IMG/VR virus record: IMGVR_UViG_2751185972_000002
Length of the DNA: 15,370 bases
Direction: 5' to 3' (one strand)
Source of the DNA: a virus
Lineage: Duplodnaviria > Heunggongvirae > Uroviricota > Caudoviricetes
The notes under the pieces are model-generated. The model made no database searches and had not been told where the DNA came from. It saw nothing but the letters and a program-made list of their open reading frames with translations. Position 1 is the stretch's first letter. Every line of letters begins with the position of its first letter. The position numbers and the translations under genes were made by a program. This document shows positions 7,075 to 15,043 of the stretch, one piece after another.

Positions 7075-7875
7075 ATGATTACTCCTGCACAACAACACTG
7101 GCAGAACGTGATGGCACAGCGCGCAGGCCGGGCGAATGAAGGCGTGGACCACGCCGCGCGTACCGCGCATGAAGAGGTGCTGTATCGTCTGCGTCTGGCA
7201 CAGGCCCGGCTTAAGGGCGTACAGGCCAGAAGCGCGAAAGCCGCCATCAAAAAAGAGTTGTTGCCGGATTTTTCCGGCTGGATTGAGGGAACGCTGGAGG
7301 CTGACGGCGGGCAGCAGGATGAAGTGATTGCCACGCTGATGGTGTGGGCGATTGACTGTGGCGATCTTCCGCTTGCGCTGCGTATCGGCGCGTATGTAGT
7401 CCGTCACAACCTCATCATGCCGGATAACTTTGGCCGTACTGCTGCCACGGTACTGACCGAAGAAATCTGTAATCCGGTACTGACGCAGGCCGGGACGGAT
7501 GCCGACGCGGATTTGTCCGCCTTTATCGAACCACTGGACACCCTCCGGGAGATTGTCACCGACCAGGACATGCCGGACGAAGTGCGCGCCAAATTATGCA
7601 AAGCGTGCGCCTTTGCCCGCCGTGGCCTGAGTGATGCGGACAGCATGGCCCTGTCACTGAAGCTGCTGCGCGAAGCAATGCACCTGAACCCGAACGCAGG
7701 TGTGAAACGCGAGATTGCAACCCTTTCCCGCGCCCTGAAAAAAGCCGATTCCGCAGCCGAACCAGAAGACGCCAGCGCACAGCAGGCGCAGGACGAAAGC
7801 AGCAAAAGTAAAAAGACAACGCGGAAGCCTGCAACACGAAAAACCACCGCGACGCAGAAGGCGAAGCGCGGTTAA
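7075..7875 (+). CDS. M: terminase small (endonuclease) subunit (P2 gpM-like), 266 aa
   Basis: RBS GGAGA 6 nt upstream. Sequence KKELLPDF, DMPDEVRAKL and the basic K/R-rich C-terminal tail match P2 gpM (KKRELLPFW, DMPDEVRAKL; recall). P2 M is 247 aa. Confidence 0.88.
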   Translation: MITPAQQHWQNVMAQRAGRANEGVDHAARTAHEEVLYRLRLAQARLKGVQARSAKAAIKKELLPDFSGWIEGTLEADGGQQDEVIATLMVWAIDCGDLPLALRIGAYVVRHNLIMPDNFGRTAATVLTEEICNPVLTQAGTDADADLSAFIEPLDTLREIVTDQDMPDEVRAKLCKACAFARRGLSDADSMALSLKLLREAMHLNPNAGVKREIATLSRALKKADSAAEPEDASAQQAQDESSKSKKTTRKPATRKTTATQKAKRG

Positions 7876-7891
7876 CGACTGACCCCGTCAG

Positions 7892-7964
7892 CGGGCGGCG
7901 TGCGCGGTGTTCCAGTTTGACTCCGTGACCGTTTACACCGCGCACCCACCGCCCGATTTTTTTT
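7892..7964 (+). terminator. Long imperfect GC-rich inverted repeat followed by a T8 tract, immediately upstream of L
   Basis: Left arm 7892-7909 (CGGGCGGCGTGCGCGGTG) pairs with right arm 7936-7955 (CACCGCGCACCCACCGCCCG); 10-bp and 5-bp helices with a small internal bulge and a 26-nt loop, followed by TTTTTTTT at 7957-7964. Terminator or attenuator-like, but the loop is atypically long. Confidence 0.35.
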
Positions 7965-7978
7965 CAGGAGTGAACCCC

Positions 7979-8473
7979 ATGACTATAGTTGCCAGAACTG
8001 AACCCGGACCCGCAGAGGACGACATCACCGATACCGATGATGGCGATACCCGCATTTCAGCGGGTGCATTCTGGCCGGATATTGTGCTGCGCGAGCTGCG
8101 TCTGGCGGTACGACTGCCGGGGCGCGTGACCACCTCCCGCCTGCTGCATACTGCCACCGGGGCTGTGGCACACGTTACCCGCGAGCTGGAAGCATGGCAG
8201 CAGGAACAGCAGGCAGCTGGCCATCAGACGCTGGCCGATGTTCCGGCACCCGTAATTAACGGAGAAAGCGTCAATCTCTGGCACTGGCGCAATGCTGTTT
8301 ATACCGCCACGCGCGCCCTGATTCTGGAGCGTTATCGTGATGCAGACACTACGGACAAGGGCGACCGCCGGGCAGACGCTCTGGATATACAGACATCGGA
8401 TTTGTGGCGTGATGTGAGCTGGGCCATCTCTGACATTCTGTGCCGCCCGCGAATCTTTGCGGAGTTGTGCTGA
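7979..8473 (+). CDS. L: head completion/stabilization protein (P2 gpL-like), 164 aa
   Basis: Start set to ATG 7979 (RBS CAGGAG upstream); the track start 7907 lies inside the inverted repeat. Sequence DVPAPVINGESV...LERYRDADTTDKGDRRADALD...DLWRD parallels P2 gpL (recall). P2 L is 169 aa. Confidence 0.85.
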   Translation: MTIVARTEPGPAEDDITDTDDGDTRISAGAFWPDIVLRELRLAVRLPGRVTTSRLLHTATGAVAHVTRELEAWQQEQQAAGHQTLADVPAPVINGESVNLWHWRNAVYTATRALILERYRDADTTDKGDRRADALDIQTSDLWRDVSWAISDILCRPRIFAELC

Positions 8474-8673
8474 TGAAAGTGAAGGCACTGGAAGGCGACA
8501 CCGTGGATTCGCTCTGTTTCCGGTACTACGGCACGACGCAGGGCGTCACCGAAAAGGTGCTGGATGCCAACCCCGGACTCTGTCAGCAGGTATTTCTGGA
8601 CGCCGGGCAGGAAGTGGAGATGCCGGAGCCGGAGAAGAAGAAACGAGAAATGATTCAGTTGTGGGGGGAGTAG
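8473..8673 (+). CDS. X: tail protein X (P2 gpX-like, LysM-like fold), 66 aa
   Basis: ATG 8473 overlaps the L stop (TGATG). MKVKALEGDTVDSLCFRYYGTTQGVTEKVLDANPGL resembles P2 gpX (MKTFALQGDTLDAICVRYYGRTEGVVETVLAANPGL; recall). P2 X is 67 aa. Confidence 0.82.
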   Translation: MKVKALEGDTVDSLCFRYYGTTQGVTEKVLDANPGLCQQVFLDAGQEVEMPEPEKKKREMIQLWGE

Positions 8674-8675
8674 CA

Positions 8676-8999
8676 GTGAGCACCATTCAAACAGGGATCA
8701 CAGAGCAGGTTATTGCGTGGCTCTTTGACCACCTGCCAACGGTGTATGCAGTAGGCGCGGCGGTCAGCATTTCCGCGCTGATGAGCCTTTATGACGGACG
8801 AACACTGGTTCAGACCGTAACGGGATCGCTGGCGTGCGGCGTTCTTGCCATGGCCGTGGCCGGGTCGTTGCGCTTCTTCGGGTTTCCTGAAGATGCCGTG
8901 ACGTTTATCGGCGCATCAATCGGTTTTATGGGTGCAGAGAAAGCACGCGACAAGGTTATTGCGGCCTTTAATCGCAGGGTGAAGGAGAAGGACGAATGA
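8676..8999 (+). CDS. holin (putative), ~107 aa with hydrophobic transmembrane segments
   Basis: GTG 8676 is preceded by RBS GGGGGGAG and sits 2 nt after the X stop. Product has hydrophobic stretches (AVGAAVSISALM, LACGVLAMAVAGSL) and a charged C-terminus. Position between X and the endolysin matches P2 gene Y. The track ORF 8457..8999 is an in-frame upstream extension overlapping X. Confidence 0.65.
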   Translation: MSTIQTGITEQVIAWLFDHLPTVYAVGAAVSISALMSLYDGRTLVQTVTGSLACGVLAMAVAGSLRFFGFPEDAVTFIGASIGFMGAEKARDKVIAAFNRRVKEKDE

Positions 9000-9388
9000 G
9001 CAACACATTTAAATTCAGCAGCCGGAGCGAAAAGAATTTGCAGGGTGTAAATCCTGATCTGGTGAAAGTGACCCGACGGGCACTGGAAATCTCGGAAGTG
9101 GATTTTGGTATCACCGAAGGGTTGCGCAGCCGTTACCGCCAGAAGCAACTGGTGGCCACGGGTAAGAGCCAGACCATGAACAGCCGCCACCTTACGGGGC
9201 ATGCCGTGGATGTTGTGGCTTATATCGGCAGCCAGATGTCATGGGAATGGCCGCTGTACGAAAAAATCGCAGCAGCATTCAGACAGGCCAGCCGGGAACT
9301 GAATATTCCGGTGGAATGGGGCGGCGACTGGAAGACCCTGAAAGACGGACCGCATTTTCAGTTACCACACGGAGCCTATCCGGCATGA
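8996..9388 (+). CDS. endolysin, peptidase M15 family (L-Ala-D-Glu or D-Ala-D-Ala peptidase-like), 130 aa
   Basis: ATG 8996 overlaps the holin stop (ATGA). Zinc-ligand pattern of the M15 / VanY-like fold: SRHLTGHAVD (H...D) and DGPHFQL (H). Position downstream of the holin. Confidence 0.8.
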   Translation: MSNTFKFSSRSEKNLQGVNPDLVKVTRRALEISEVDFGITEGLRSRYRQKQLVATGKSQTMNSRHLTGHAVDVVAYIGSQMSWEWPLYEKIAAAFRQASRELNIPVEWGGDWKTLKDGPHFQLPHGAYPA

Positions 9389-9792
9389 AGCTCTGGCCCA
9401 CGCTTGGCGTCGCTTTCCTTCTGACTGCCGGATGGGGAACATCCATGCGTCTGTCGTGGTCGCTGGGCCGGGAGAACGCCAGAAACGAAGCGCAGGCCAG
9501 CACCCTGAAAAGTACCGCCGACACCCTGAATATCATCAGCGCCGGGGTACAGGATATGCAGCAGGTGCTGGCGCAACTCCGCGTGGAAAATCAGCAACGC
9601 AATCAGGACGGAGAGGTAAGACGTGAACAGCTACGCAACGATATTGCAAAAGATGAATGCGCCCACGCTTTGCCTGACGCTCGTTTTACTGACAGGCTGC
9701 GCAGGCACGCAGAACGCGCCACTGCCAGCGCCGTCAGTCCGGCTTATACCGCAGACGCTGACCATACCGGTAACGCCTCCCCCCTTCCCTGA
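9385..9792 (+). CDS. lysB: i-spanin (Rz / P2 LysB-like inner-membrane spanin), ~135 aa
   Basis: ATG 9385 overlaps the endolysin stop (ATGA). N-terminal transmembrane segment (LWPTLGVAFLLTAGW), then a charged coiled-coil-like region. An o-spanin gene is embedded in its 3' part. The track ORF 9241..9792 is an upstream extension. Confidence 0.7.
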   Translation: MKLWPTLGVAFLLTAGWGTSMRLSWSLGRENARNEAQASTLKSTADTLNIISAGVQDMQQVLAQLRVENQQRNQDGEVRREQLRNDIAKDECAHALPDARFTDRLRRHAERATASAVSPAYTADADHTGNASPLP

Positions 9793-9943
9793 CACTCCCA
9801 CATGGGGAAATCTCGGTATATGGGGCGACCGCCTTCTGGATGCACTGGAAACCTGTAACGCGGATAAACGGGCCATTGAATTACTGGAACAGCGCAGGCT
9901 GCAACGACTGAACAACGAGGATAACAACCATGCTGAAAACTGA
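9623..9943 (+). CDS. lysC: o-spanin (Rz1 / P2 LysC-like outer-membrane lipoprotein), overlapping the i-spanin in another frame
   Basis: Lipoprotein signal with lipobox LLTGC, followed by a proline-rich segment (PLPAPSVRLIPQTLTIPVTPPPFPDTP). GTG 9623 has RBS GGAGAGG 6 nt upstream; ATG 9653 is an alternative start. Begins inside the i-spanin gene and extends beyond it, as for P2 lysB/lysC. Confidence 0.65.
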   Translation: MNSYATILQKMNAPTLCLTLVLLTGCAGTQNAPLPAPSVRLIPQTLTIPVTPPPFPDTPTWGNLGIWGDRLLDALETCNADKRAIELLEQRRLQRLNNEDNNHAEN

Positions 9944-10397
9944 TTCCCTGCGTGAAGCCATGACCCGTTCATGCCGATGGTGTCAGGCTAACCCGGAAAA
10001 ATTCACCATTTTCGTGGAGAGCGGCAACATTGAAACGACCGGAGAAACCCCATCGTTTGTTTACCGCTATCAGATGGTGATGTTTGTCATGGATTACGCC
10101 GGGGAGCTGGACGACCTCACGCTGCCGCTGCTGGCGTGGTTATCCGAAAATCAGCCACAGTTGTTGCTCAACCCTGAGCGTAATCAGGACATCAAATTTT
10201 CCGCCGTTATCAATGACGATGACAGCGCCGATCTCCTGTTTACGCTCCCCCTGCGGGAACGCGTTCGCATCACGCGCAGCAGTCAGGGCACACCGCAGGC
10301 AGAACACCTGCTGGAGCCAAAACCCCGCCTGCCATCTTCCGAAGGCGACTGGTCGCATGTATTCCAGGATGTGACGTGGGGTGAAAGCGATGGATAA
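9930..10397 (+). CDS. R: tail completion protein (P2 gpR-like), 155 aa
   Basis: RBS GAGGA 8 nt upstream. 155 aa, the same as P2 R by recall. N-terminus MLKTDSLREAM and LPLLAWLSENQP resemble P2 gpR (MLKPDSLRRAL, VPVLAWLRENQP; recall, moderate certainty). Position between the lysis genes and S. Confidence 0.8.
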   Translation: MLKTDSLREAMTRSCRWCQANPEKFTIFVESGNIETTGETPSFVYRYQMVMFVMDYAGELDDLTLPLLAWLSENQPQLLLNPERNQDIKFSAVINDDDSADLLFTLPLRERVRITRSSQGTPQAEHLLEPKPRLPSSEGDWSHVFQDVTWGESDG

Positions 10398-11025
10398 GGC
10401 ATTCACTCGCGTGGATGAAACCTTTGAGGCCATCCGCGACAGCCTGAATCAGCAGGCCATCAATAACATCGCCAGAAAGCTGGCACAGGATTTACGCCGC
10501 GCCCAGCAGGCACGTATCCGGCCACAGAAAGCGCCGGACGGGACCGCATGGACACCACGCAGACGCCACGTAACCCGGATACAGGAGCGCATTCGCTTTA
10601 TCTGGAATAACGAAGCACGCACGCTGAAAAACTGGCATCACGACACGGGGAAATACGGGCGAACCATCACCGGGTGGGATGAGGATAAAAACAGCATCCG
10701 CACGTTTTACCGGGATGACATCGACCGCTTTCTGGAAATACGCACCCGGCGCATCAACCAGGACAGCACAAAGCGCGTCCCCATGTTCGTAAAACTGCGC
10801 ACCGCCCGCTACCTGAAAGCCCGTGCAGATGCTTCCGGTGTGACGGTGGGTTACAGCGGCGTGGCCGCACGTATTGCACGCGTTCATCAGTTCGGTGAGC
10901 GCGATCAGGTTGCGCCGGGCATTTTCACCGATTACCCGGTACGTGAGCTGCTGGGTATCAGCCAGGCAGATGAGCGTCTGATTTATAACACGGTGCTGGG
11001 CCGGATTGCGGAGGCTGTACGGTGA
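10390..11025 (+). CDS. S: phage virion morphogenesis / tail completion protein (P2 gpS-like), ~211 aa
   Basis: ATG 10390 overlaps the R stop (GTG 10381 is an alternative start). C-terminal VHQFGERD...LLGISQADE matches the gpS-family HQFG motif. Longer than P2 S (about 150 aa by recall). Confidence 0.78.
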   Translation: MDKAFTRVDETFEAIRDSLNQQAINNIARKLAQDLRRAQQARIRPQKAPDGTAWTPRRRHVTRIQERIRFIWNNEARTLKNWHHDTGKYGRTITGWDEDKNSIRTFYRDDIDRFLEIRTRRINQDSTKRVPMFVKLRTARYLKARADASGVTVGYSGVAARIARVHQFGERDQVAPGIFTDYPVRELLGISQADERLIYNTVLGRIAEAVR

Positions 11026-11603
11026 GCGCAGAACTCATGCGGCTACTGAGCAATATCATCCGCACCGGGATCATCTCTGAAGTTGATGAGAAGTCCTGGC
11101 GCGTGCGCGTTCGCAGCGGCGAACTGGAAACAGGTTGGCTGCGCTGGAACACCTCTCGCGCGGGAGCCTTCAATGTGTGGCTGCCGCCATCACCAGGCGA
11201 ACAGGTGGTAATTGCCTGCATTGGCGGCAACCCGGAAACCGCCATGATAATTGGCAGCCTGTGGAGTGATGCCATTCCGGCCCCCGGCAAAAGCCTGAAA
11301 GAAATCGTGGTCAGCGCGCCGGATGGCGCGGTGTTCCGCTACGACGCGGACGCAGGCGCACTGAGCGCCAGCGGCATGAAAACAGCCACCCTGCAGGCAT
11401 CCGTCAGCGTGACACTGGATACGCCCGTCGTGGAATGCACAGACCTTCTGAGAACGGCGACGCTTGACGTCACAAAAGGGGGAAAGATGAGCGGCAATAT
11501 CACGCACAGCGGCGGCAATTTCACCTCAAACGGCATCACAGTGCATACGCATAAACACGGTGGCGTTAAAGGTGGCAGCGATTCGACAGGAGGCCCGCAG
11601 TGA
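11022..11603 (+). CDS. V: baseplate spike / assembly protein V (P2 gpV-like), 193 aa
   Basis: GTG 11022 with RBS GGAGG 7 nt upstream, overlapping the S stop (GTGA). IRTGII, PSPGEQVVIA, SGMKTA, LDTPVVECT, KGGKMSGNITHSGGNFTSNGITVHTHKH all parallel P2 gpV (recall). Confidence 0.85.
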   Translation: MSAELMRLLSNIIRTGIISEVDEKSWRVRVRSGELETGWLRWNTSRAGAFNVWLPPSPGEQVVIACIGGNPETAMIIGSLWSDAIPAPGKSLKEIVVSAPDGAVFRYDADAGALSASGMKTATLQASVSVTLDTPVVECTDLLRTATLDVTKGGKMSGNITHSGGNFTSNGITVHTHKHGGVKGGSDSTGGPQ

Positions 11604-11950
11604 CAACCCGCTACACAGGAATGAACCCGGACGGAACGGGAAACCTGAACGATATGGAGCACCTGAAACAGTCAGTCAGGGACATCCTGACCACCCCGCT
11701 GGCAAGCCGGGTTATGCGACGGGAATATGGCAGCCTTGTGCCTGATTTGATTGACGAACCCATGAATAACACCACGCGTCTGCAATGCATGAGTGCTGCC
11801 GTGATTGCGCTGACACGATGGGAACCCCGCATTGCCCTGGACGCTATCGACGTTGTCTGGAAGGCAGGAGGCCGCGCCGGGGTGACGCTGTCGGGCACTG
11901 TCATGCAGACCATGCAGAATGTTGAATTAACCATCACGCTGAGGGAGTAA
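11600..11950 (+). CDS. W: baseplate wedge protein W (P2 gpW-like), 116 aa
   Basis: GTG 11600 with RBS AGGAGG 5 nt upstream, overlapping the V stop. MTTRYTGMN...SRVMRREYGSL...WEPRI parallels P2 gpW (MTARYLGMN...SRVMRRDYGSL...WEPRV; recall). P2 W is 115 aa. Confidence 0.85.
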   Translation: MTTRYTGMNPDGTGNLNDMEHLKQSVRDILTTPLASRVMRREYGSLVPDLIDEPMNNTTRLQCMSAAVIALTRWEPRIALDAIDVVWKAGGRAGVTLSGTVMQTMQNVELTITLRE

Positions 11951-11953
11951 ATC

Positions 11954-12850
11954 ATGCCTGCCGTTGACCTTTCACAGTTACCGGAACCCGCCATCATCGC
12001 GGAGCCTGACTTTGAGGCAATTCTGGCTGACACAAAGGCCATGATGATTGCGTCCTATCCCGCCGAACAGCGTGAAGCCGTTTCCGCCGCGCTGGAGCTG
12101 GAATCGGAACCCCTTAACGTTATCGCTCAAACCATGTCGTTTCGTGAAATGCTGTTACGCCAGCGGGTCAATGAGGGTGCACGCGCCTGCATGCTAAGCC
12201 ACAGCGCCGGGACAGACCTGGACAACCTCGCGGGCAATATGAACACAAAGCGCCTGGTTATCACTCCGGCAACGGATACCACCGATGCAGTGATGGAAAG
12301 TGACACCTCGCTGAGACTACGGGCGCAACGGGCATATGACGGTCTGAGTGTTGCTGGCCCGTCAGGTGCATACGAGTATTTTGCACGCAGCGCCAGCGGT
12401 CTGGTACGCGATGCGCGGGCCATCAGCCCGTCTCCGGCCAACGTGACGGTTTCCATCCTGTCCACTGAGGGCGACGGCACAGCAACGGAGGCGTTGCTTA
12501 ATACCGTTCGCGCCGTTCTGAATGCAGAGGATACCCGCCCGGTGGCCGACCGCCTGACCGTACAGAGTGCCAGAATCGTGACATGGCGGCTGAATGCAAA
12601 ACTGTACTTTTACCCCGGCCCGGAATCCGAACCTATTCTGGCCGCGGCTGAATCGTCGTTCAGGAAGTGGCTGGCTGAGCAGGGGCTTATCGGTCAGGAC
12701 GTGGCGTTGTCCGCCATTGCTGCCGCACTGCATGTGCACGGTGTGCAACGCGTGGAGATAATCGAACCCACACAGAATATGGCCATCAGCGACATACAGG
12801 CGGCGCGCTGTGAGTCATTCACCATCAGCGAAGGTGGACGCAATGAGTAA
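11954..12850 (+). CDS. J: baseplate assembly protein J (P2 gpJ-like), 298 aa
   Basis: RBS GAGGGAG upstream. MPAVDLSQLPEP..., ESEPL, RPVADRLTVQSA, YPGPESEPI, LHVHGVQRVE closely parallel P2 gpJ (recall). P2 J is 302 aa. Confidence 0.9.
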   Translation: MPAVDLSQLPEPAIIAEPDFEAILADTKAMMIASYPAEQREAVSAALELESEPLNVIAQTMSFREMLLRQRVNEGARACMLSHSAGTDLDNLAGNMNTKRLVITPATDTTDAVMESDTSLRLRAQRAYDGLSVAGPSGAYEYFARSASGLVRDARAISPSPANVTVSILSTEGDGTATEALLNTVRAVLNAEDTRPVADRLTVQSARIVTWRLNAKLYFYPGPESEPILAAAESSFRKWLAEQGLIGQDVALSAIAAALHVHGVQRVEIIEPTQNMAISDIQAARCESFTISEGGRNE

Positions 12851-13373
12851 TTCGTTGTTACCACCATCAGCCAGCAATTTCATGCGTTGTGCCGAAGCCG
12901 TCGGAACACGCATTACAGACATTCCGGTAGACCTCAACACGCTGTGGTCGCCGGACACCTGCCCGGTGCATCTGCTGCCTTATCTCGCCTGGGCGTTTTC
13001 CGTTGACCGCTGGGATCGCAACTGGCCGGAAGAGACAAAGCGACAGGTTATTCGTGATGCATGGCTGATACACCGACACAAAGGGACCATCAGCGCACTG
13101 CGCCGGGCCATTGAGCCGCTGGGATACCTCATTCGCGTGTCTGAGTGGTGGGAGTTCGGCGGAGAACCGGGAACATTTACCGTTGAAGTCGGCACGCTGG
13201 ACAGTGGCGTGACGGAGGAAATGTATCTGGAAATGGAGCGGTTGATTGCTGATGCCCGCCCGGTCAGCCGCCACATGACAGGGCTGAATATCATTCAGGA
13301 AATTCCGGGGGATATTTTCGCAGCGGCGGCAACTTATGACGGTGAAGTTATTACCATTTATCCAGGCGATTAA
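12843..13373 (+). CDS. I: baseplate / tail formation protein I (P2 gpI-like), 176 aa
   Basis: Start set to ATG 12843, overlapping the J stop by 8 nt; this gives 176 aa, equal to P2 I. The track start 12810 is an in-frame upstream extension inside J. Confidence 0.82.
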   Translation: MSNSLLPPSASNFMRCAEAVGTRITDIPVDLNTLWSPDTCPVHLLPYLAWAFSVDRWDRNWPEETKRQVIRDAWLIHRHKGTISALRRAIEPLGYLIRVSEWWEFGGEPGTFTVEVGTLDSGVTEEMYLEMERLIADARPVSRHMTGLNIIQEIPGDIFAAAATYDGEVITIYPGD

Positions 13374-13375
13374 GC

Positions 13376-15043
13376 ATGAGTACCACAACACGAAAATTTA
13401 AAACCATTATCACCGATACGGGTGCAAAAAAATTAGCTCAGGTAGCCGCGCCAGATGGTAAGCCTGTCCGCCTGACTCATATGGCCGTGGGCGACGGTGG
13501 CGGCACGTTGCCCACACCAGACAGTAAGCAGACCCGTCTGGTGCATGAGGTGTGGCGACATACTGTTAATCGCGTCATCCTGGACGCAACACATCAGAAC
13601 CGCATTATTGCGGAGCTGGTTATTCCTCCTGAAACGGGCGGATTCTGGATCCGGGAAATTGGTGTATTTGATGAGCACGGCGATTTAATCGCGGTGGGAA
13701 ATACTGCCGAAAGTTACAAGCCAGCCGTTGCCGAAGGGTCCGGTCGTGCACAAACATTTCGCACCATTCTGACCGTATCCAGCACTGCCACCGTGGCGCT
13801 TACCGTGGACAACACCATGGTGATGGCCACAGTGGATTACGTGGATGACAAACTGAAAGAGCATGAACAGTCACGACGTCACCCGGACGCCTCGCTGACC
13901 GCAAAAGGCTTTGTTCAACTCAGTAGCGCCACTAACAGCGTGTCTGAAACGCAGGCTGCAACACCGAAAGCAGTAAAGGCCGCGTATGATCTTGCTAACG
14001 GTAAATATACTGCGCAGGATGCCAGCACGACGCGAAAAGGCCTTGTCCAGCTCAGTAGCGCCACCAACAGCACGTCTGAAACGCAGGCTGCAACGCCGAA
14101 AGCAGTAAAGGCCGCGTATGACCTTGCTAACGCAAAATATACCGCTCAGGACGCCACGACGGCACAAAAAGGGATAGTCCAGCTCAGTAGTGCCACCAAC
14201 AGCACGTCTGAAACACTGGCCGCGACATCGAAAGCGGTTAAGGCGGTAATGGATGAAACGAACAAGAAAGCGCCCTTAAACAGTCCTGCGCTGACCGGAA
14301 CGCCAACAACGCCAGCTGCGCGACAGGGAACGAATAATACCCAAATCGCAAGCACGGCTTTCGTTATGGCTGCGATTGCCGCCCTTGTAGATTCGTCACC
14401 TGACGCACTGAATACGCTGAACGAGTTAGCGGCGGCGCTGGGAAACGCCCCGAATTTTGCGACCACCATGACTAACGCGCTTGCGGGTAAGCAACCGAAA
14501 GATGCCACCCTGACGGCGCTGGCCGGGCTTGCTACTGCGGCAGACAGGTTTCCGTATTTTACGGGGAATGATGTCGCCAGCCTGGCAACCCTGACAAAAG
14601 TCGGGCGGGATATTCTTGCGAAATCGACCGTTGCTGCCGTTATCGAATACCTCGGTTTACAGGAAACGGTAAACAGGGCTGGTAACGCCGTGCAAAAAAA
14701 TGGCGATACCTTGTCCGGTGGGCTTACTTTTGAAAATGACTCAATCCTTGCCTGGATTCGAAATACTGACTGGGCGAAGATTGGATTTAAAAATGATGCC
14801 GATGGTGACACTGATTCATACATGTGGTTTGAAACAGGCGACAACGGCAATGAATATTTCAAATGGAGAAGCCGCCAGAGCACCACAACAAAAGACCTGA
14901 TGACGCTGAAATGGGATGCACTAAATATTCTTGTTAATGCTGTCATTAATGGCAGTCTTGGAGTTGGTTCGACGAATGCGTTAGGTGGTAGCTCTGAACC
15001 GCCCCGGGAATCCTGGAGACTAAACTTCCTGAGAAAGAGGTAA
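13376..15043 (+). CDS. H: tail fiber protein (P2 gpH-like), 3' end replaced by an IS insertion; last 16 codons are IS-derived
   Basis: Near-identity by recall to P2 gpH over N-terminal and central regions ([58 protein letters not shown]..., [15 protein letters not shown]). Homology ends at about aa 540 of the 669 expected for P2 H, where the IS left end begins at 14995. The ORF then reads through the IS terminus to TAA 15041-15043. Confidence 0.85.
   Translation: MSTTTRKFKTIITDTGAKKLAQVAAPDGKPVRLTHMAVGDGGGTLPTPDSKQTRLVHEVWRHTVNRVILDATHQNRIIAELVIPPETGGFWIREIGVFDEHGDLIAVGNTAESYKPAVAEGSGRAQTFRTILTVSSTATVALTVDNTMVMATVDYVDDKLKEHEQSRRHPDASLTAKGFVQLSSATNSVSETQAATPKAVKAAYDLANGKYTAQDASTTRKGLVQLSSATNSTSETQAATPKAVKAAYDLANAKYTAQDATTAQKGIVQLSSATNSTSETLAATSKAVKAVMDETNKKAPLNSPALTGTPTTPAARQGTNNTQIASTAFVMAAIAALVDSSPDALNTLNELAAALGNAPNFATTMTNALAGKQPKDATLTALAGLATAADRFPYFTGNDVASLATLTKVGRDILAKSTVAAVIEYLGLQETVNRAGNAVQKNGDTLSGGLTFENDSILAWIRNTDWAKIGFKNDADGDTDSYMWFETGDNGNEYFKWRSRQSTTTKDLMTLKWDALNILVNAVINGSLGVGSTNALGGSSEPPRESWRLNFLRKR
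13904..14250 (+). repeat. In-frame 132-bp (44-aa) tandem repeat within the tail fiber gene, about 2.6 copies
   Basis: Units start at 13904, 14036 and 14168, exact 132-nt period, encoding [45 protein letters not shown]. The third copy diverges after KAVKAV. Typical phage tail-fibre repeat. Confidence 0.8.

Noticed and set aside
7030-7945. Minus-strand ORFs (7030..7407, 7047..7334, 7404..7847, 7556..7945) across the N-M-L region
   Set aside because: All overlap the well-supported terminase small subunit gene on the opposite strand; Arg/Ala/Ser-rich translations typical of antisense GC-rich DNA.
8457-8675. Upstream extensions of the track ORFs 8457..8999 and 9241..9792
   Set aside because: The long versions overlap the preceding genes (X, endolysin) in another frame. 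Start codons with an RBS placed right after the upstream stop (GTG 8676, ATG 9385) give compact, translationally coupled genes typical of this operon.
13904-14250. Possible CRISPR array suggested by the regular 132-bp repeats
   Set aside because: The repeats are in frame within a tail fiber gene, have no unique spacers and no leader; they are coding tandem repeats.
14146-14946. 266-aa minus-strand ORF inside tail fiber gene H (also 13871..14167 minus)
   Set aside because: Antisense shadow ORFs of the tail fiber gene; Ala/Ser/Val-rich and partly generated by the 132-bp tandem repeat; the sense strand has clear P2 gpH homology.
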